Assembly: GCA_963702895.1 (NCBI GenBank) | Contig: OY969767.1 | Coordinates: forward strand, 1,184,001 to 1,248,000 | Direction of reading: 5' to 3' | DNA length: 64,000 nucleotides | DNA from: an uncultured Elusimicrobia bacterium | GTDB taxonomy: Bacteria > Elusimicrobiota > Elusimicrobia > 2-01-FULL-59-12 | Part shown: positions 9,645 through 22,511 of the stretch, piece by piece | How the letters are laid out: each line of letters begins with the position of its first letter | Position numbering within the stretch: position 1 is the first letter of the stretch | The notes under the pieces: generated by a model | The model's input: the letters and a program-made list of their open reading frames with translations, nothing else | Databases searched by the model: none | Told to the model about the DNA's origin: nothing | Position numbers and translations under genes: made by a program

Positions 9645-9652
<8 letters not shown>
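8573..9652 (+). CDS. lptG: LPS export ABC transporter permease LptG
   Basis: VKIVDRYLIRSF...LPIATMLALLFSLGQLQQRGEFNAFRGAG; LPAWVAAWMSN; GTG overlaps lptF stop (GTGA). Confidence 0.88.
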
Positions 9653-13896
<4,244 letters not shown>

Positions 13897-14023
13897 AACG
13901 TGTCCTTTCGTGTTGCGGGAAGCGCAAGGTCGCGCTTCCACGAATGCGGCAAGGATATCATTTTGAATTACGACGGTTCCAGATGGACGACTCAAAGAGC
14001 AGCAGGCAATATTTGAGGGTCCA

Positions 14024-14208
14024 TGTCGTGGGGGAGGGAGGCATCTCACTCCAGCGCTCCCGGACACCCCGGCTGGGTGGTTCGCGCAGCCTGCGGAACT
14101 CGCCTCCTCCCTGTAGATCAGTGGTCGAGGCTCACCCATCCTCGGCTGGACGCGCTCTCCACCCCGCCTCCGTCCGCGAGTCGTTCGCTGCCCCCCTCCC
14201 CCACGACA
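14024..14208. ncRNA. Candidate structured RNA: 185-nt rod-like hairpin
   Basis: Ends tgtcgtgggggagggaggca / tgcccccctcccccacgaca pair 19/20 (the mismatch is G.U on minus strand); nested stems ctcccggac/gtccgcgag, ggctgggtgg/ccaccccgcc, cgcg-cagcc/ggctg-cgcg, gcctc/gaggc, ctg/cag. Confidence 0.45.
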
Positions 14209-14238
14209 AGGAATCTTCACGCTTCCAAGGGATGGAAC

Positions 14239-14276
14239 CTCTTTCCCTGGAGCAGGAGCCTGCTCCAGGAAAAGAG
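14239..14276. repeat. 38-bp near-perfect palindrome
   Basis: ctctttccctggagcagg-ag-cctgctccaggaaaagag, 17/18 arm match. Confidence 0.85.
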
Positions 14277-14345
14277 AAAAAAGCACACCCCTAATGTTTT
14301 TCTGCTTGGAGCTCTAAGCCAATGCAAGACAGCCAACGTCCTGCG

Positions 14346-15380
14346 CTAAGAAGTCGCGAGAAGGATGCCTCCAAAGACAGAGATGTTCTCTTTGACCACC
14401 GTGTTGTGGCCCATGACGCAGCCCTCCAAGTGGACATGAGGGGCGACATGAACATGATCCCAGAGCGTGCAATGGCGCAAGGAAGAGCGCGCTCCGACAC
14501 GTGACCCGTGGCCAATGACCGCGTAGGGACCAATGTGGGCCCCGCGCGAGATGTGGGCCCTGCGCCCGATCAAACAGGGGCCTTCCAGGCGCACGCCAGG
14601 CTCAATCGAAGCCCCCTCCTCGACCCAGATCCCACGACGTATTTGCCGACCGGGGAGCTTGAATAAGAGGTGGCCCTCAAGGAAGTTCAGCTGCGCTTTT
14701 TGATACTCAGCGATGTTGCCAACATCACACCAGTACCTCTCTGTCAGCCTGCCGTAGATGGGCTTCTTTTGGGAGAGTAAAGCAGGCCATACATCATGAC
14801 CGAAATCATAGACTCGGCGGGCCGGGATCGCTGAAAGGATGGACGGCTCACAGACATAGATCCCGGTGTTGACTTGATCGGAAAAAACATCCCCCCAGTA
14901 CGGTTTTTCAACGAACTTTTGGATACGTCCCCCCGCCCGCGTCAGGGTCACGCCATAATCAAAGCGCGCGGTCATCTTTTTGAGGGCCATGGTCGCGATG
15001 GCGTGCTTACGTTTATGGAAGGAGATGAGGTCCGTGAAGTCAATGTCGGTGAGCCCATCGCCTGACGTCACGACAAAGGTCTCCTTCTGAAAGAAGGCGC
15101 TGGCTTGACGCACGCCGCCTGCGGTGCCCATAAGTTTGGGCTCATGCGAATAGGAGATCCGGACCCCCCATTGCCGACCGTCGGAAAAATGCTTTTTGAT
15201 GAGTTCAGGATGATGGTGGAGATTCAGGACGATGTCCGTGATGCCATGGCGCTTCAGGTTTTCGATTGTATATTCCATCACGGGTCGATTGGCGATCGGG
15301 ACCATCGGTTTGGGCACATCGACCGTTAAAGGCCGCAAACGCGTGCCGGCGCCCGCGGCCATGACCATGGCACGGACCAT
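14346..15380 (-). CDS. NDP-sugar pyrophosphorylase (mannose-1-phosphate guanylyltransferase-like) with left-handed beta-helix
   Basis: AMVMAAGAGTRLRPLT..PKPMVP, GTAGG, FVEKP, YWCDVG, C-terminal hexapeptide repeats. Confidence 0.9.
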   Translation of the reverse strand: MVRAMVMAAGAGTRLRPLTVDVPKPMVPIANRPVMEYTIENLKRHGITDIVLNLHHHPELIKKHFSDGRQWGVRISYSHEPKLMGTAGGVRQASAFFQKETFVVTSGDGLTDIDFTDLISFHKRKHAIATMALKKMTARFDYGVTLTRAGGRIQKFVEKPYWGDVFSDQVNTGIYVCEPSILSAIPARRVYDFGHDVWPALLSQKKPIYGRLTERYWCDVGNIAEYQKAQLNFLEGHLLFKLPGRQIRRGIWVEEGASIEPGVRLEGPCLIGRRAHISRGAHIGPYAVIGHGSRVGARSSLRHCTLWDHVHVAPHVHLEGCVMGHNTVVKENISVFGGILLATS

Positions 15381-16792
15381 CAGAAGGCCACCGCGACTTT
15401 CTGCGCCCACTTGAGGAGGCACTCTGTCTTCTGGGGTGACTCGGATTCAGCGTAAGTGCGCATGAGCGGTTCCGTTCCGGAAGGACGCAAAAGGACCCAG
15501 GAGCCAGATTTCAGAATCACCTTAACGCCATCGCGCGTCCTCACTTCAGAGACCTCTTCGCTTGCCAATTTCTCAGGAACGCGTGACGACGTGTCCTGGC
15601 CAAAGCGCGCTTTGTCTCCAATGGGTTGCTCCAGGTGCAGGTCGACCCGTTTGAAGCACGCTCGCCCGAATCGTTTCTCTATGGCATCTAAGAGCTGCGA
15701 GGGGGTCTGGCGACGGGCGGCGAGCATCTCGAGGAAGAGGAGGCCGTTCAAGATACCGTCGCGTTCAGGCAGCCCTCCCCGCACGGCGTATCCGCCCGAT
15801 TCCTCACCGCCCGCGAGAAAATCATCCTGGAGCATACGCTCCGCGACATGTTTGAAACCGACAGGAACCTCTTCAAAAGGAAGTCCAAACTCTCGGGCGA
15901 TCCGTTCGCTCAAATAGCCCAGAGAGACGGCCTGGACAATTTTCCCTTTCCATCCTTTGTGCTCGATGCAGTGCAAGACGAGCATGGGAAAGACCTGATG
16001 AGGGGTCAGGTAGCGTCCTTGTTCATCGACGACGCCCAAACGGTCTGCGTCGCCATCCAAGGCAATCCCGACAGCGGCTTTGCGGCGGCGGACCGCGTGG
16101 CATAAAGCATGGAGTTGGCTCTCCACGGGTTCGGGGTGCAATCCTCCAAAGAGAGGGTCCTCCTCCGCGTGAAGGGCCACGGACTTAACGGAAGATCCCA
16201 TAAGCACACGCTCCGGGATCCCGGCGCCGACACCGTGCAAATAATCAAAGACCACCGTTTTCTTGAATGCCCGCAGGAGCTTCGCGTCAAGGCGGCTTCG
16301 GAGGTACTGGATGTACTCCTTACGGTCGTCAAAAGTCTTGAGGGGTAGATCAACCGCGGCGCTCGATGTGGCTTGGACACTGGCAAAGGCTTCGATCTCA
16401 CGCGTGACCTCAAGCGGTGCCGAGCGACCGAGGGCGTCTTTTATTTTAAAACCGTTGTAGAACGCGGGATTATGGCTGGCGGTGATCATAATGCCCCAAG
16501 AGGCTTTGTGCTGGACGACGCTAAATGAAAGGGCGGGGGTCGGCAGGGGAGTCTCCGAGAGCCTCGTAGGGAACCCTCGCGACATGAGAACGTTCGCGGC
16601 AGCCCTGGCGAAGGCACGCGACAAAAAGCGTCTGTCATAGCTTACGAGAACGGTGCCATCGCCCAGAGAAGGATGGGCCGTCATATAGGCGGCGCAGGCA
16701 GCCGCCGCTTGCCGGACCTTCTCGAACGTGAAATCCTCAGCGATAAGGCCGCGCCAACCATCAGTGCCAAAACGGATGGCGCTATCGGCCAT
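15380..16792 (-). CDS. Phosphoglucomutase/phosphomannomutase
   Basis: IRFGTDGWRG, ITASHNP, DGDADR, GGEESGG, RPSGTEP. Confidence 0.95.
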   Translation of the reverse strand: MADSAIRFGTDGWRGLIAEDFTFEKVRQAAAACAAYMTAHPSLGDGTVLVSYDRRFLSRAFARAAANVLMSRGFPTRLSETPLPTPALSFSVVQHKASWGIMITASHNPAFYNGFKIKDALGRSAPLEVTREIEAFASVQATSSAAVDLPLKTFDDRKEYIQYLRSRLDAKLLRAFKKTVVFDYLHGVGAGIPERVLMGSSVKSVALHAEEDPLFGGLHPEPVESQLHALCHAVRRRKAAVGIALDGDADRLGVVDEQGRYLTPHQVFPMLVLHCIEHKGWKGKIVQAVSLGYLSERIAREFGLPFEEVPVGFKHVAERMLQDDFLAGGEESGGYAVRGGLPERDGILNGLLFLEMLAARRQTPSQLLDAIEKRFGRACFKRVDLHLEQPIGDKARFGQDTSSRVPEKLASEEVSEVRTRDGVKVILKSGSWVLLRPSGTEPLMRTYAESESPQKTECLLKWAQKVAVAF

Positions 16793-17132
16793 AATCATCC
16801 TCGAGACGAACGATATCGTGGACCTGCGGCGTCGACACCTCAAGAATCCAGGCGGACTCGAAAGGGGCCTCAAAGCGATGGATGACCCCCGGTCGAATGG
16901 TGGCGGTATCCCCCGGTTTCATGACCCGCCTCTGGCCCGCGATTTCAAGGACCCAACGGCTCTTCTCGGAGTAAACAGTCTCATGCTTAAAGCGGTGGTA
17001 CTGCTTGCTCAGGCGCTGGCCTTTCCTAACGTAAATAATCTTGCCAACGTAATGCGGGCAATGGGCATACCAAAGCTCCCAGCCCCAGGGCTTGTTGACT
17101 TTTTTTGTGCGCGTTAATGATCGAGAAGCCAT
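16782..17132 (-). CDS. Cupin protein (mannose-6-phosphate isomerase-like)
   Basis: KPWGWE, LSKQYHRFKHET, HRF, EVSTP, DIVRLEDDYGR. Confidence 0.85.
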   Translation of the reverse strand: MASRSLTRTKKVNKPWGWELWYAHCPHYVGKIIYVRKGQRLSKQYHRFKHETVYSEKSRWVLEIAGQRRVMKPGDTATIRPGVIHRFEAPFESAWILEVSTPQVHDIVRLEDDYGR

Positions 17133-17133
17133 A

Positions 17134-18048
17134 TTATTTCTTGAAAGACTTGAGGGTCTCCGCCAAACCTTTCTCCAGCGTCATCGCAGGCTTCCATCCC
17201 AAAATCTTTTTAGCACGTTCGAAGTGCAAAACACTTCTCGCCAGCTCTCCTGTTCTTGCGGGCGCCATGGTGGGCGGTGTGGAGACACTTTCAAGGCGAG
17301 CCATCTTCTGGTAGAGGGTGTTGACGCTGGTGGGCACACCGGTCGCAATGTTCAAGATCGTGTTTTCCCCTTTCGTGAGAGCGGCCACATTGGCTTGGAC
17401 CACGTCACCGACATAGACATAGTCGCGCTCTTGTGAACCGTCGCCGAAGATGGTCACAGGTTCGTGTTTTAAAAGCTTTCCGGCAAAAATAGCGACGACG
17501 CCTGCCTCTCCGTGGGGATCTTGTCGTGGTCCATAGACATTTGCGTAGCGAAGGATCGTGTAGGGCAAACGATAGGCTTGCCCGTAAAATTGGATATAGC
17601 GCTCAGCGGTCGCTTTGCTCAAACCATAAGGGGATTCCGGACGCACTGGATCCTCTTCCCGGGCGGGCTCTTGGCCACATTCGCCGTAGATCGTGCCGCC
17701 AGAAGAGGAGAAGATGAATTTGCGCACGCCATAGGAGCGGGCGCATTCCAGCAGTCTCAAGGTACCCAGAATGTTCACGGATGCATCAAAGAAGGGGTCT
17801 TGTACTGATTTTCGGACATCCAATTGTGCGGCGAGGTGATTCACAATTTCAAAGCGCGCCTGGGCAAATAGAGTGCTCACGTTGGGGTCCCTGATGTCCG
17901 AGGTGATGAGGCGCGCCCGGCTATGGATGTTCTTCTTTTTGCCGGTGGACAGATCATCAAGAACCGTGACGTCGTGTCCAGCCTCGCTATAGGCATCCAC
18001 AATATGCGACCCGATAAACCCGGCGCCGCCGGTGACGAGGATTTTCAT
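17134..18048 (-). CDS. NAD-dependent epimerase (UDP-glucose 4-epimerase-like)
   Basis: ILVTGGAGFIGSH, SSGGTIYG, YGLSK, RYANVYGPRQDPHGEAGVV. Confidence 0.92.
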   Translation of the reverse strand: MKILVTGGAGFIGSHIVDAYSEAGHDVTVLDDLSTGKKKNIHSRARLITSDIRDPNVSTLFAQARFEIVNHLAAQLDVRKSVQDPFFDASVNILGTLRLLECARSYGVRKFIFSSSGGTIYGECGQEPAREEDPVRPESPYGLSKATAERYIQFYGQAYRLPYTILRYANVYGPRQDPHGEAGVVAIFAGKLLKHEPVTIFGDGSQERDYVYVGDVVQANVAALTKGENTILNIATGVPTSVNTLYQKMARLESVSTPPTMAPARTGELARSVLHFERAKKILGWKPAMTLEKGLAETLKSFKK

Positions 18049-19433
18049 CAGTATGCCCCTTCTTTGGCAAAGATGGCGGGGATGGTTCGCAGCAGGATCT
18101 TAAGATCGAGGCCCAGGGACCAGTTTTCAAGATAAAAAATATCCAGATTGATCATTTCTTCGTAACTCAGGGCCGCGCGGCCGCTCACTTGCCAGAGCCC
18201 GGTTATCCCGGGTTTGATGCGCAGGCGCTTTTTGGCGTGATCGTCGTAGGCGGCGGCTTCCCATAACACTTGGGGCCGAGGTCCTACGAGGCTCATGTCG
18301 CCTTTCAGGACGTTCAATATCTGTGGGAGTTCGTCCAAGCTAAATTTGCGGAGCCATCGACCCACACGGGTGAGGCGGGGATCATTCTTCATTTTAAACA
18401 CGGGGCCTGAGCGGTCGCTTAGGTGTTTAAGTCTTTCAATGTGCAGGTCTGCGTCAGCAACCATGGTCCGGAATTTGTAGAGCTTAAATTTCTTACCGTG
18501 AAAGCCCATGCGATCCTGGGTGTAGAGAGCCCCGCCAGGACTGTCGAGACGAATGAGGATCGCGATGATCGCGAACGGCACAGAAAAAAGGATCAGTATC
18601 ACAAGACTCACGAAGATATCAAAGCTTCGTTTCTGAACGTAGTTGCTGCCATACAAGGACAGAGACTTGATCGTAAAAGTGGGAAGGCCGCAGAACCTGT
18701 CCATGATAATCTCGCCACGGCGCATCTCGAGCAGGTCGGGAACGACTTTACAGGGGACGCCGAACTGCTCGCAGATTTGTGCGGCGCTAAGAATGGCCTG
18801 TGGATTCAGCGGCCCCTGCAAGAGGATGACTTCGGAGATGTGCGCTGAGCGCCGCAAACTCTCGAAGCCTTCGCGTGCTGGAAAATGCTCCATGTAGGTG
18901 CTTTTGACAAAAGGCTGCCGGGAAGCCATCTCTTTGATCGCCCCGATCATTTTTCCTTTTCCAATCACGAGGACGCCTTCGGGACCCGCGAGCTGAAAGT
19001 GCAAAAACCGAAAAATCGCCTTATGGACCTCCCTCAGGATGTAGATGAAGAGAACGCCATAGGCTGCCCATAGGGCAACGACAAGACGAGAGAATTCCTT
19101 CCCACGGTACGACACAAAGCTCATCGCCATAGCCAAGAGCATGCATTGCGTGACGCCTCGTAGGACCAGAATCAGCTCATCGTAAGCGCTCAGCATCGAT
19201 TCTTTGTAAAAGCCGGCGTGGAAGAATACCGCTAAGCAGACAGGCAATAAGAGCATTAACGCTTGATGGTAAACGGATATCTCCGGTATGCCCTTCAGAA
19301 CGGGGAAGAGCGAAACAAAGGGTGACCAATAAAATCGTGTCCAGTAGGCTGCCTGGAATGCCATGACCAGTCCCGCAATGTCCATGCATAGAATGCCGGC
19401 CAAGAAGGAGAGTCGGAAGGTGTATCGCTTCAC
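18048..19433 (-). CDS. Polyprenyl-phosphate glycosylphosphotransferase (WcaJ/WbaP-type initiating sugar transferase)
   Basis: N-terminal TM helices; KRSFD, FKLYKFRTM, DPRLTRVGRWLRKFSLDELPQ, GDMSLVGPRP, KPGITGLWQVSGR. Confidence 0.95.
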   Translation of the reverse strand: MKRYTFRLSFLAGILCMDIAGLVMAFQAAYWTRFYWSPFVSLFPVLKGIPEISVYHQALMLLLPVCLAVFFHAGFYKESMLSAYDELILVLRGVTQCMLLAMAMSFVSYRGKEFSRLVVALWAAYGVLFIYILREVHKAIFRFLHFQLAGPEGVLVIGKGKMIGAIKEMASRQPFVKSTYMEHFPAREGFESLRRSAHISEVILLQGPLNPQAILSAAQICEQFGVPCKVVPDLLEMRRGEIIMDRFCGLPTFTIKSLSLYGSNYVQKRSFDIFVSLVILILFSVPFAIIAILIRLDSPGGALYTQDRMGFHGKKFKLYKFRTMVADADLHIERLKHLSDRSGPVFKMKNDPRLTRVGRWLRKFSLDELPQILNVLKGDMSLVGPRPQVLWEAAAYDDHAKKRLRIKPGITGLWQVSGRAALSYEEMINLDIFYLENWSLGLDLKILLRTIPAIFAKEGAY

Positions 19434-19457
19434 TGAGACGGATTTTAGGACAATTCC

Positions 19458-20555
19458 CTACTTATATTCAACGAAATACGCTTGAAAAGCAGCCGCGCAA
19501 CGTTGTCGATCGAAAAGGCGTGCTCGGTCACGGATGGTCTGGGAGGAAAAACTCATGGTTTCAAAGCGTTGGATGGCATCCGCGAGAGATTTTACGGTCG
19601 GTTCATTAAAAAAGATCCCGGTTTGGTTTTCGACGACAGTTTCAAGCGCCCCTCCTTTTCGCAGCGCAATGACTGGACACCCCGCCGCCATCGCTTCAAC
19701 GGGCACGATGCCGAAATCTTCCTCTCCAGGGAAGAGAAGCGCGCGCGCCTGAGCGTAGTGCTTTCGCAAGTCATCACTCGAACCCCACCCGAGAAACTCG
19801 ACTTGATCGCCAGCCATTTGCCGCAAAGCTTTTCTTTGCTGACCGTCGCCAATAATGATCAGTCGTCTTCCGAGGTGTTGGAGCGCTTCGATGGCGAGTT
19901 CAACGCGCTTGTAAGGCGCCAGGGCGCTCACCAATAAATAAAAATCATCAGACCGGCGATGGGATGTCCCTTGGCTGAAGAAGTCGACATCGGTAGGTGG
20001 ATAGATCACGACAGACTCGCGGTGGTAAATTCGCTGGATCCGCTCGCTGACATTCTTAGAGTTGGCGATGAATCGATGAACACGCGGCAGGGTGGTCAAG
20101 TCCCACCGCTGGAGTGCTGGCCGTAAGAGCCGCATGGTAACCCGAACAGGCCATGAAGCACGGCCCGGCCCGAAGTAAGAATCGTATTGGTCCCAGATGT
20201 AACGCATGGGCGTATGACAGTAGCACACGTGATGCGCCCCGGGGCGCGGTTTGGCCATCTTGGCGACGCAATGGCTTGTGCTAATCAGAAGATCATAGGG
20301 GGAGAAGTCAAAGCCCTCCATCGCGATGGGCATGAGCGGCAAAAGGTGACGGTAGTATCGCTGCGACTGAGGGAGGTGCTGCAAAAAAGAGGTGTGGATA
20401 GGATGTCGCTCGATCATAGGACTGACGGTGCCGGGGACATGCAACAGTGTAAAAAGATCGGCGGCTGGGAACAGCTCGCAGAGTACCTCGAGCACCTTTT
20501 CCCCACCGCGCATGCCGGTGAGCCAATCATGAATGATCGCAACGCGCTGTGGCAC
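19458..20555 (-). CDS. Glycosyltransferase family 4 (WbaZ-like mannosyltransferase)
   Basis: VAIIHDWLTGMRGGEKV, YCHTPMRYIWD, EEDFGIVPVEAMAAG; GTG start with SD AGGAG. Confidence 0.92.
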   Translation of the reverse strand: MPQRVAIIHDWLTGMRGGEKVLEVLCELFPAADLFTLLHVPGTVSPMIERHPIHTSFLQHLPQSQRYYRHLLPLMPIAMEGFDFSPYDLLISTSHCVAKMAKPRPGAHHVCYCHTPMRYIWDQYDSYFGPGRASWPVRVTMRLLRPALQRWDLTTLPRVHRFIANSKNVSERIQRIYHRESVVIYPPTDVDFFSQGTSHRRSDDFYLLVSALAPYKRVELAIEALQHLGRRLIIIGDGQQRKALRQMAGDQVEFLGWGSSDDLRKHYAQARALLFPGEEDFGIVPVEAMAAGCPVIALRKGGALETVVENQTGIFFNEPTVKSLADAIQRFETMSFSSQTIRDRARLFDRQRCAAAFQAYFVEYK

Positions 20556-20591
20556 TTCAGCTCCTTTTGCTAGCCAGAATCCTGCCGTTGG

Positions 20592-20665
20592 CGTCACCCC
20601 GGCGAAAGCCGGCCCTCCACACAACCGGCGGGCCGTCCGCCCTGCCGTGTGGCGGACGGGGTCTA
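20592..20665. repeat. REP-like hairpin interrupted by two short palindromic insertions
   Basis: cgtcaccccggcgaaagc-CG-[gccctccacacaaccggcgggc]-CG-[tccgccctgccgtgtggcgga]-CG-gggtcta; removing the inserts restores accccggc-gaaa-gccggggt. Confidence 0.65.
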
Positions 20666-20703
20666 TCATGTTTCGACGTAAAACTCCAATAGAAGACCTC
20701 CGG

Positions 20704-21468
20704 CTAGCTTTTCTTCTTGAGAATAAAATACCAGTTCTGCGTTATGGCCGGAAAGATCTGGCTCAGCAGGTCGTCTATGGCGTCCAGCGCGCGGCAAAGC
20801 CACCGTTGGTTGGCCACAGCCTTCGGGAGGCGATTCAGGGAATTCCTCGGGATGCTATTGTAGCGGCCGGATTCGATAATCTCGAAAGACGTGCCGTAGA
20901 GGAGTTGCTCGAAGGACTTTCTCGAAAAGAGCTTGCTGTGAGCATGCTTCTGGGTGTTCGCTGAACGCTTGATCGTGCGGACGAGGAATTCAATCCATGA
21001 GTTGCTGTTAGGCAAATGAAAAATGAGAAACAGGCCTCCAGGTTTAAGAAGCCGCTCGATTTCTCGAAGAGACCTTGCCTGATCGCCACCGCGCTCATGG
21101 ACGTGTTCTAAGACTCCCATGCTAAAGACCGCGTCAAAGGACGCGCTGTTGTAGGGCAGGGAGAACGGATCTGATGTCTGTCCTTGGGTATGGCTAAACG
21201 TCGGCTGCCTTGCGAGGAAACGTGGAATGGCTTCGAAAGAATAACCTTGGGTCGTGAAGCCTGATTGCGTCAGGAAATAAGCGAAATGCCCATTTCCACA
21301 TCCCCAATCAAGACAAAGGGACCCCTTCGGGACATAGTGCAAGGTTTTGGTGTAGGGAAGACGATACTGCGCACACGACGCTAGCGAGCCCCATTGCTCT
21401 ACGAAGGAGCTGAGATTGTTCTCCAGAACCTTGTTGTAGAAAGTTGCGGCAAGTTCGGTTTGTTTCAC
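20704..21468 (-). CDS. Class I SAM-dependent methyltransferase
   Basis: CLDWGCGNG, LPYNSASFDAVFSMGVLEHV, LLKPGG. Confidence 0.9.
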   Translation of the reverse strand: MKQTELAATFYNKVLENNLSSFVEQWGSLASCAQYRLPYTKTLHYVPKGSLCLDWGCGNGHFAYFLTQSGFTTQGYSFEAIPRFLARQPTFSHTQGQTSDPFSLPYNSASFDAVFSMGVLEHVHERGGDQARSLREIERLLKPGGLFLIFHLPNSNSWIEFLVRTIKRSANTQKHAHSKLFSRKSFEQLLYGTSFEIIESGRYNSIPRNSLNRLPKAVANQRWLCRALDAIDDLLSQIFPAITQNWYFILKKKS

Positions 21469-22511
21469 GACGTTGCCTTTAAGAGATCCATCGCGGCCTC
21501 AGAGGCTGATTGGACCGAGAGATGGTCCATGCATTTCAGTTGGTACGGGCATGGCGGCGCGTAGCCGTGTTTATAACAGGGGCTGCAGGGCTCTTGTGAG
21601 TACAGCAAACGGTACGGCAACCACAATGGCATTTTACCATGCGGCGAAGTCGGGCCAAAAAAAACGAGAGACGGCGTTCCGGCAGCGCCAGCGATGTGAA
21701 ACAGACCTGAATCATTTCCGATAAAGAGTCGACAGCTTTGAATCACAGCAGCTGTTTCTCGAAGGGTGATTTGTCCCGAGAAATTCTTGATCTGGCTTGG
21801 ATATTTCTCAATCAAAGGCTTCAGGAGTCCCGCTTCCGAGGCGTCACCGACCACCAACAAGGTTGCTTGCTGGTTTAAGATCAACTGTTCACCGAGTTGA
21901 ACGAAACGTTCAGGCAGCCACCGCTTTTGAGGCATGACAAGTTTTGGGTTATGACCCCCTCCGGGGGCAATCGCGATAGGGCATCTATGGAGGCTAATGA
22001 GGTTGCGAGCGAAGGATTTCTCATCGGATGAGAGAAAGAGTCTCGGTGTTCTGCTGGGAACGGAAGAGACGTGATAACGATCGGAAACGGCCGCTAAATA
22101 CTGTGAAATCTCATGGGCTTCTGGATGAGCTTCGACGTAGGAGCTCTGGCGCGTCAGCGCGGAGGCATGACGGTCTCTGGCAAATCCCCAACGATCCGCT
22201 ATGCCGATAGCTTGAAAGAAACGATGGAACAGGGGCGACCAGTGAAGGATATAGACTTTACGGAACCTTTGGCGTCGAAGTCTTAGGGCGAGTTCGATCA
22301 AAGAGAAGACCCTTTTGTGCCAGAAGATGTTCTCATCGATGATCATGAGCTCGTCTACGGCCGGATGGCCTTGAAGGAGCGGCGCGCCGATGCGTCCGAT
22401 GAGGAGCGTGAGGTGATCGCTCGGGTTTTCCTCTCGAATGGCTTCGATCGCGGGGAGCGAGAGTACCACATCTCCGATCGCGCCGAGTTTAACGATGAGA
22501 ATCTTATTCAC
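21465..22511 (-). CDS. Glycosyltransferase family 9 (heptosyltransferase-like)
   Basis: ILIVKLGAIGDVV, KRW, FIGNDSGLFHIA, FGPT, CSPC. Confidence 0.92.
   Translation of the reverse strand: MNKILIVKLGAIGDVVLSLPAIEAIREENPSDHLTLLIGRIGAPLLQGHPAVDELMIIDENIFWHKRVFSLIELALRLRRQRFRKVYILHWSPLFHRFFQAIGIADRWGFARDRHASALTRQSSYVEAHPEAHEISQYLAAVSDRYHVSSVPSRTPRLFLSSDEKSFARNLISLHRCPIAIAPGGGHNPKLVMPQKRWLPERFVQLGEQLILNQQATLLVVGDASEAGLLKPLIEKYPSQIKNFSGQITLRETAAVIQSCRLFIGNDSGLFHIAGAAGTPSLVFFGPTSPHGKMPLWLPYRLLYSQEPCSPCYKHGYAPPCPYQLKCMDHLSVQSASEAAMDLLKATS

Noticed and set aside
13897..14286. 129-aa N-terminal extension of MetK
   Set aside because: Canonical MetK begins at 13896 with an SD; the extension crosses GC-rich hairpins and looks non-coding
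13897..14345. SAM-I or SAH riboswitch, SRP RNA or tRNA
   Set aside because: Consensus motifs not found in the right order by eye; only generic hairpins are reported
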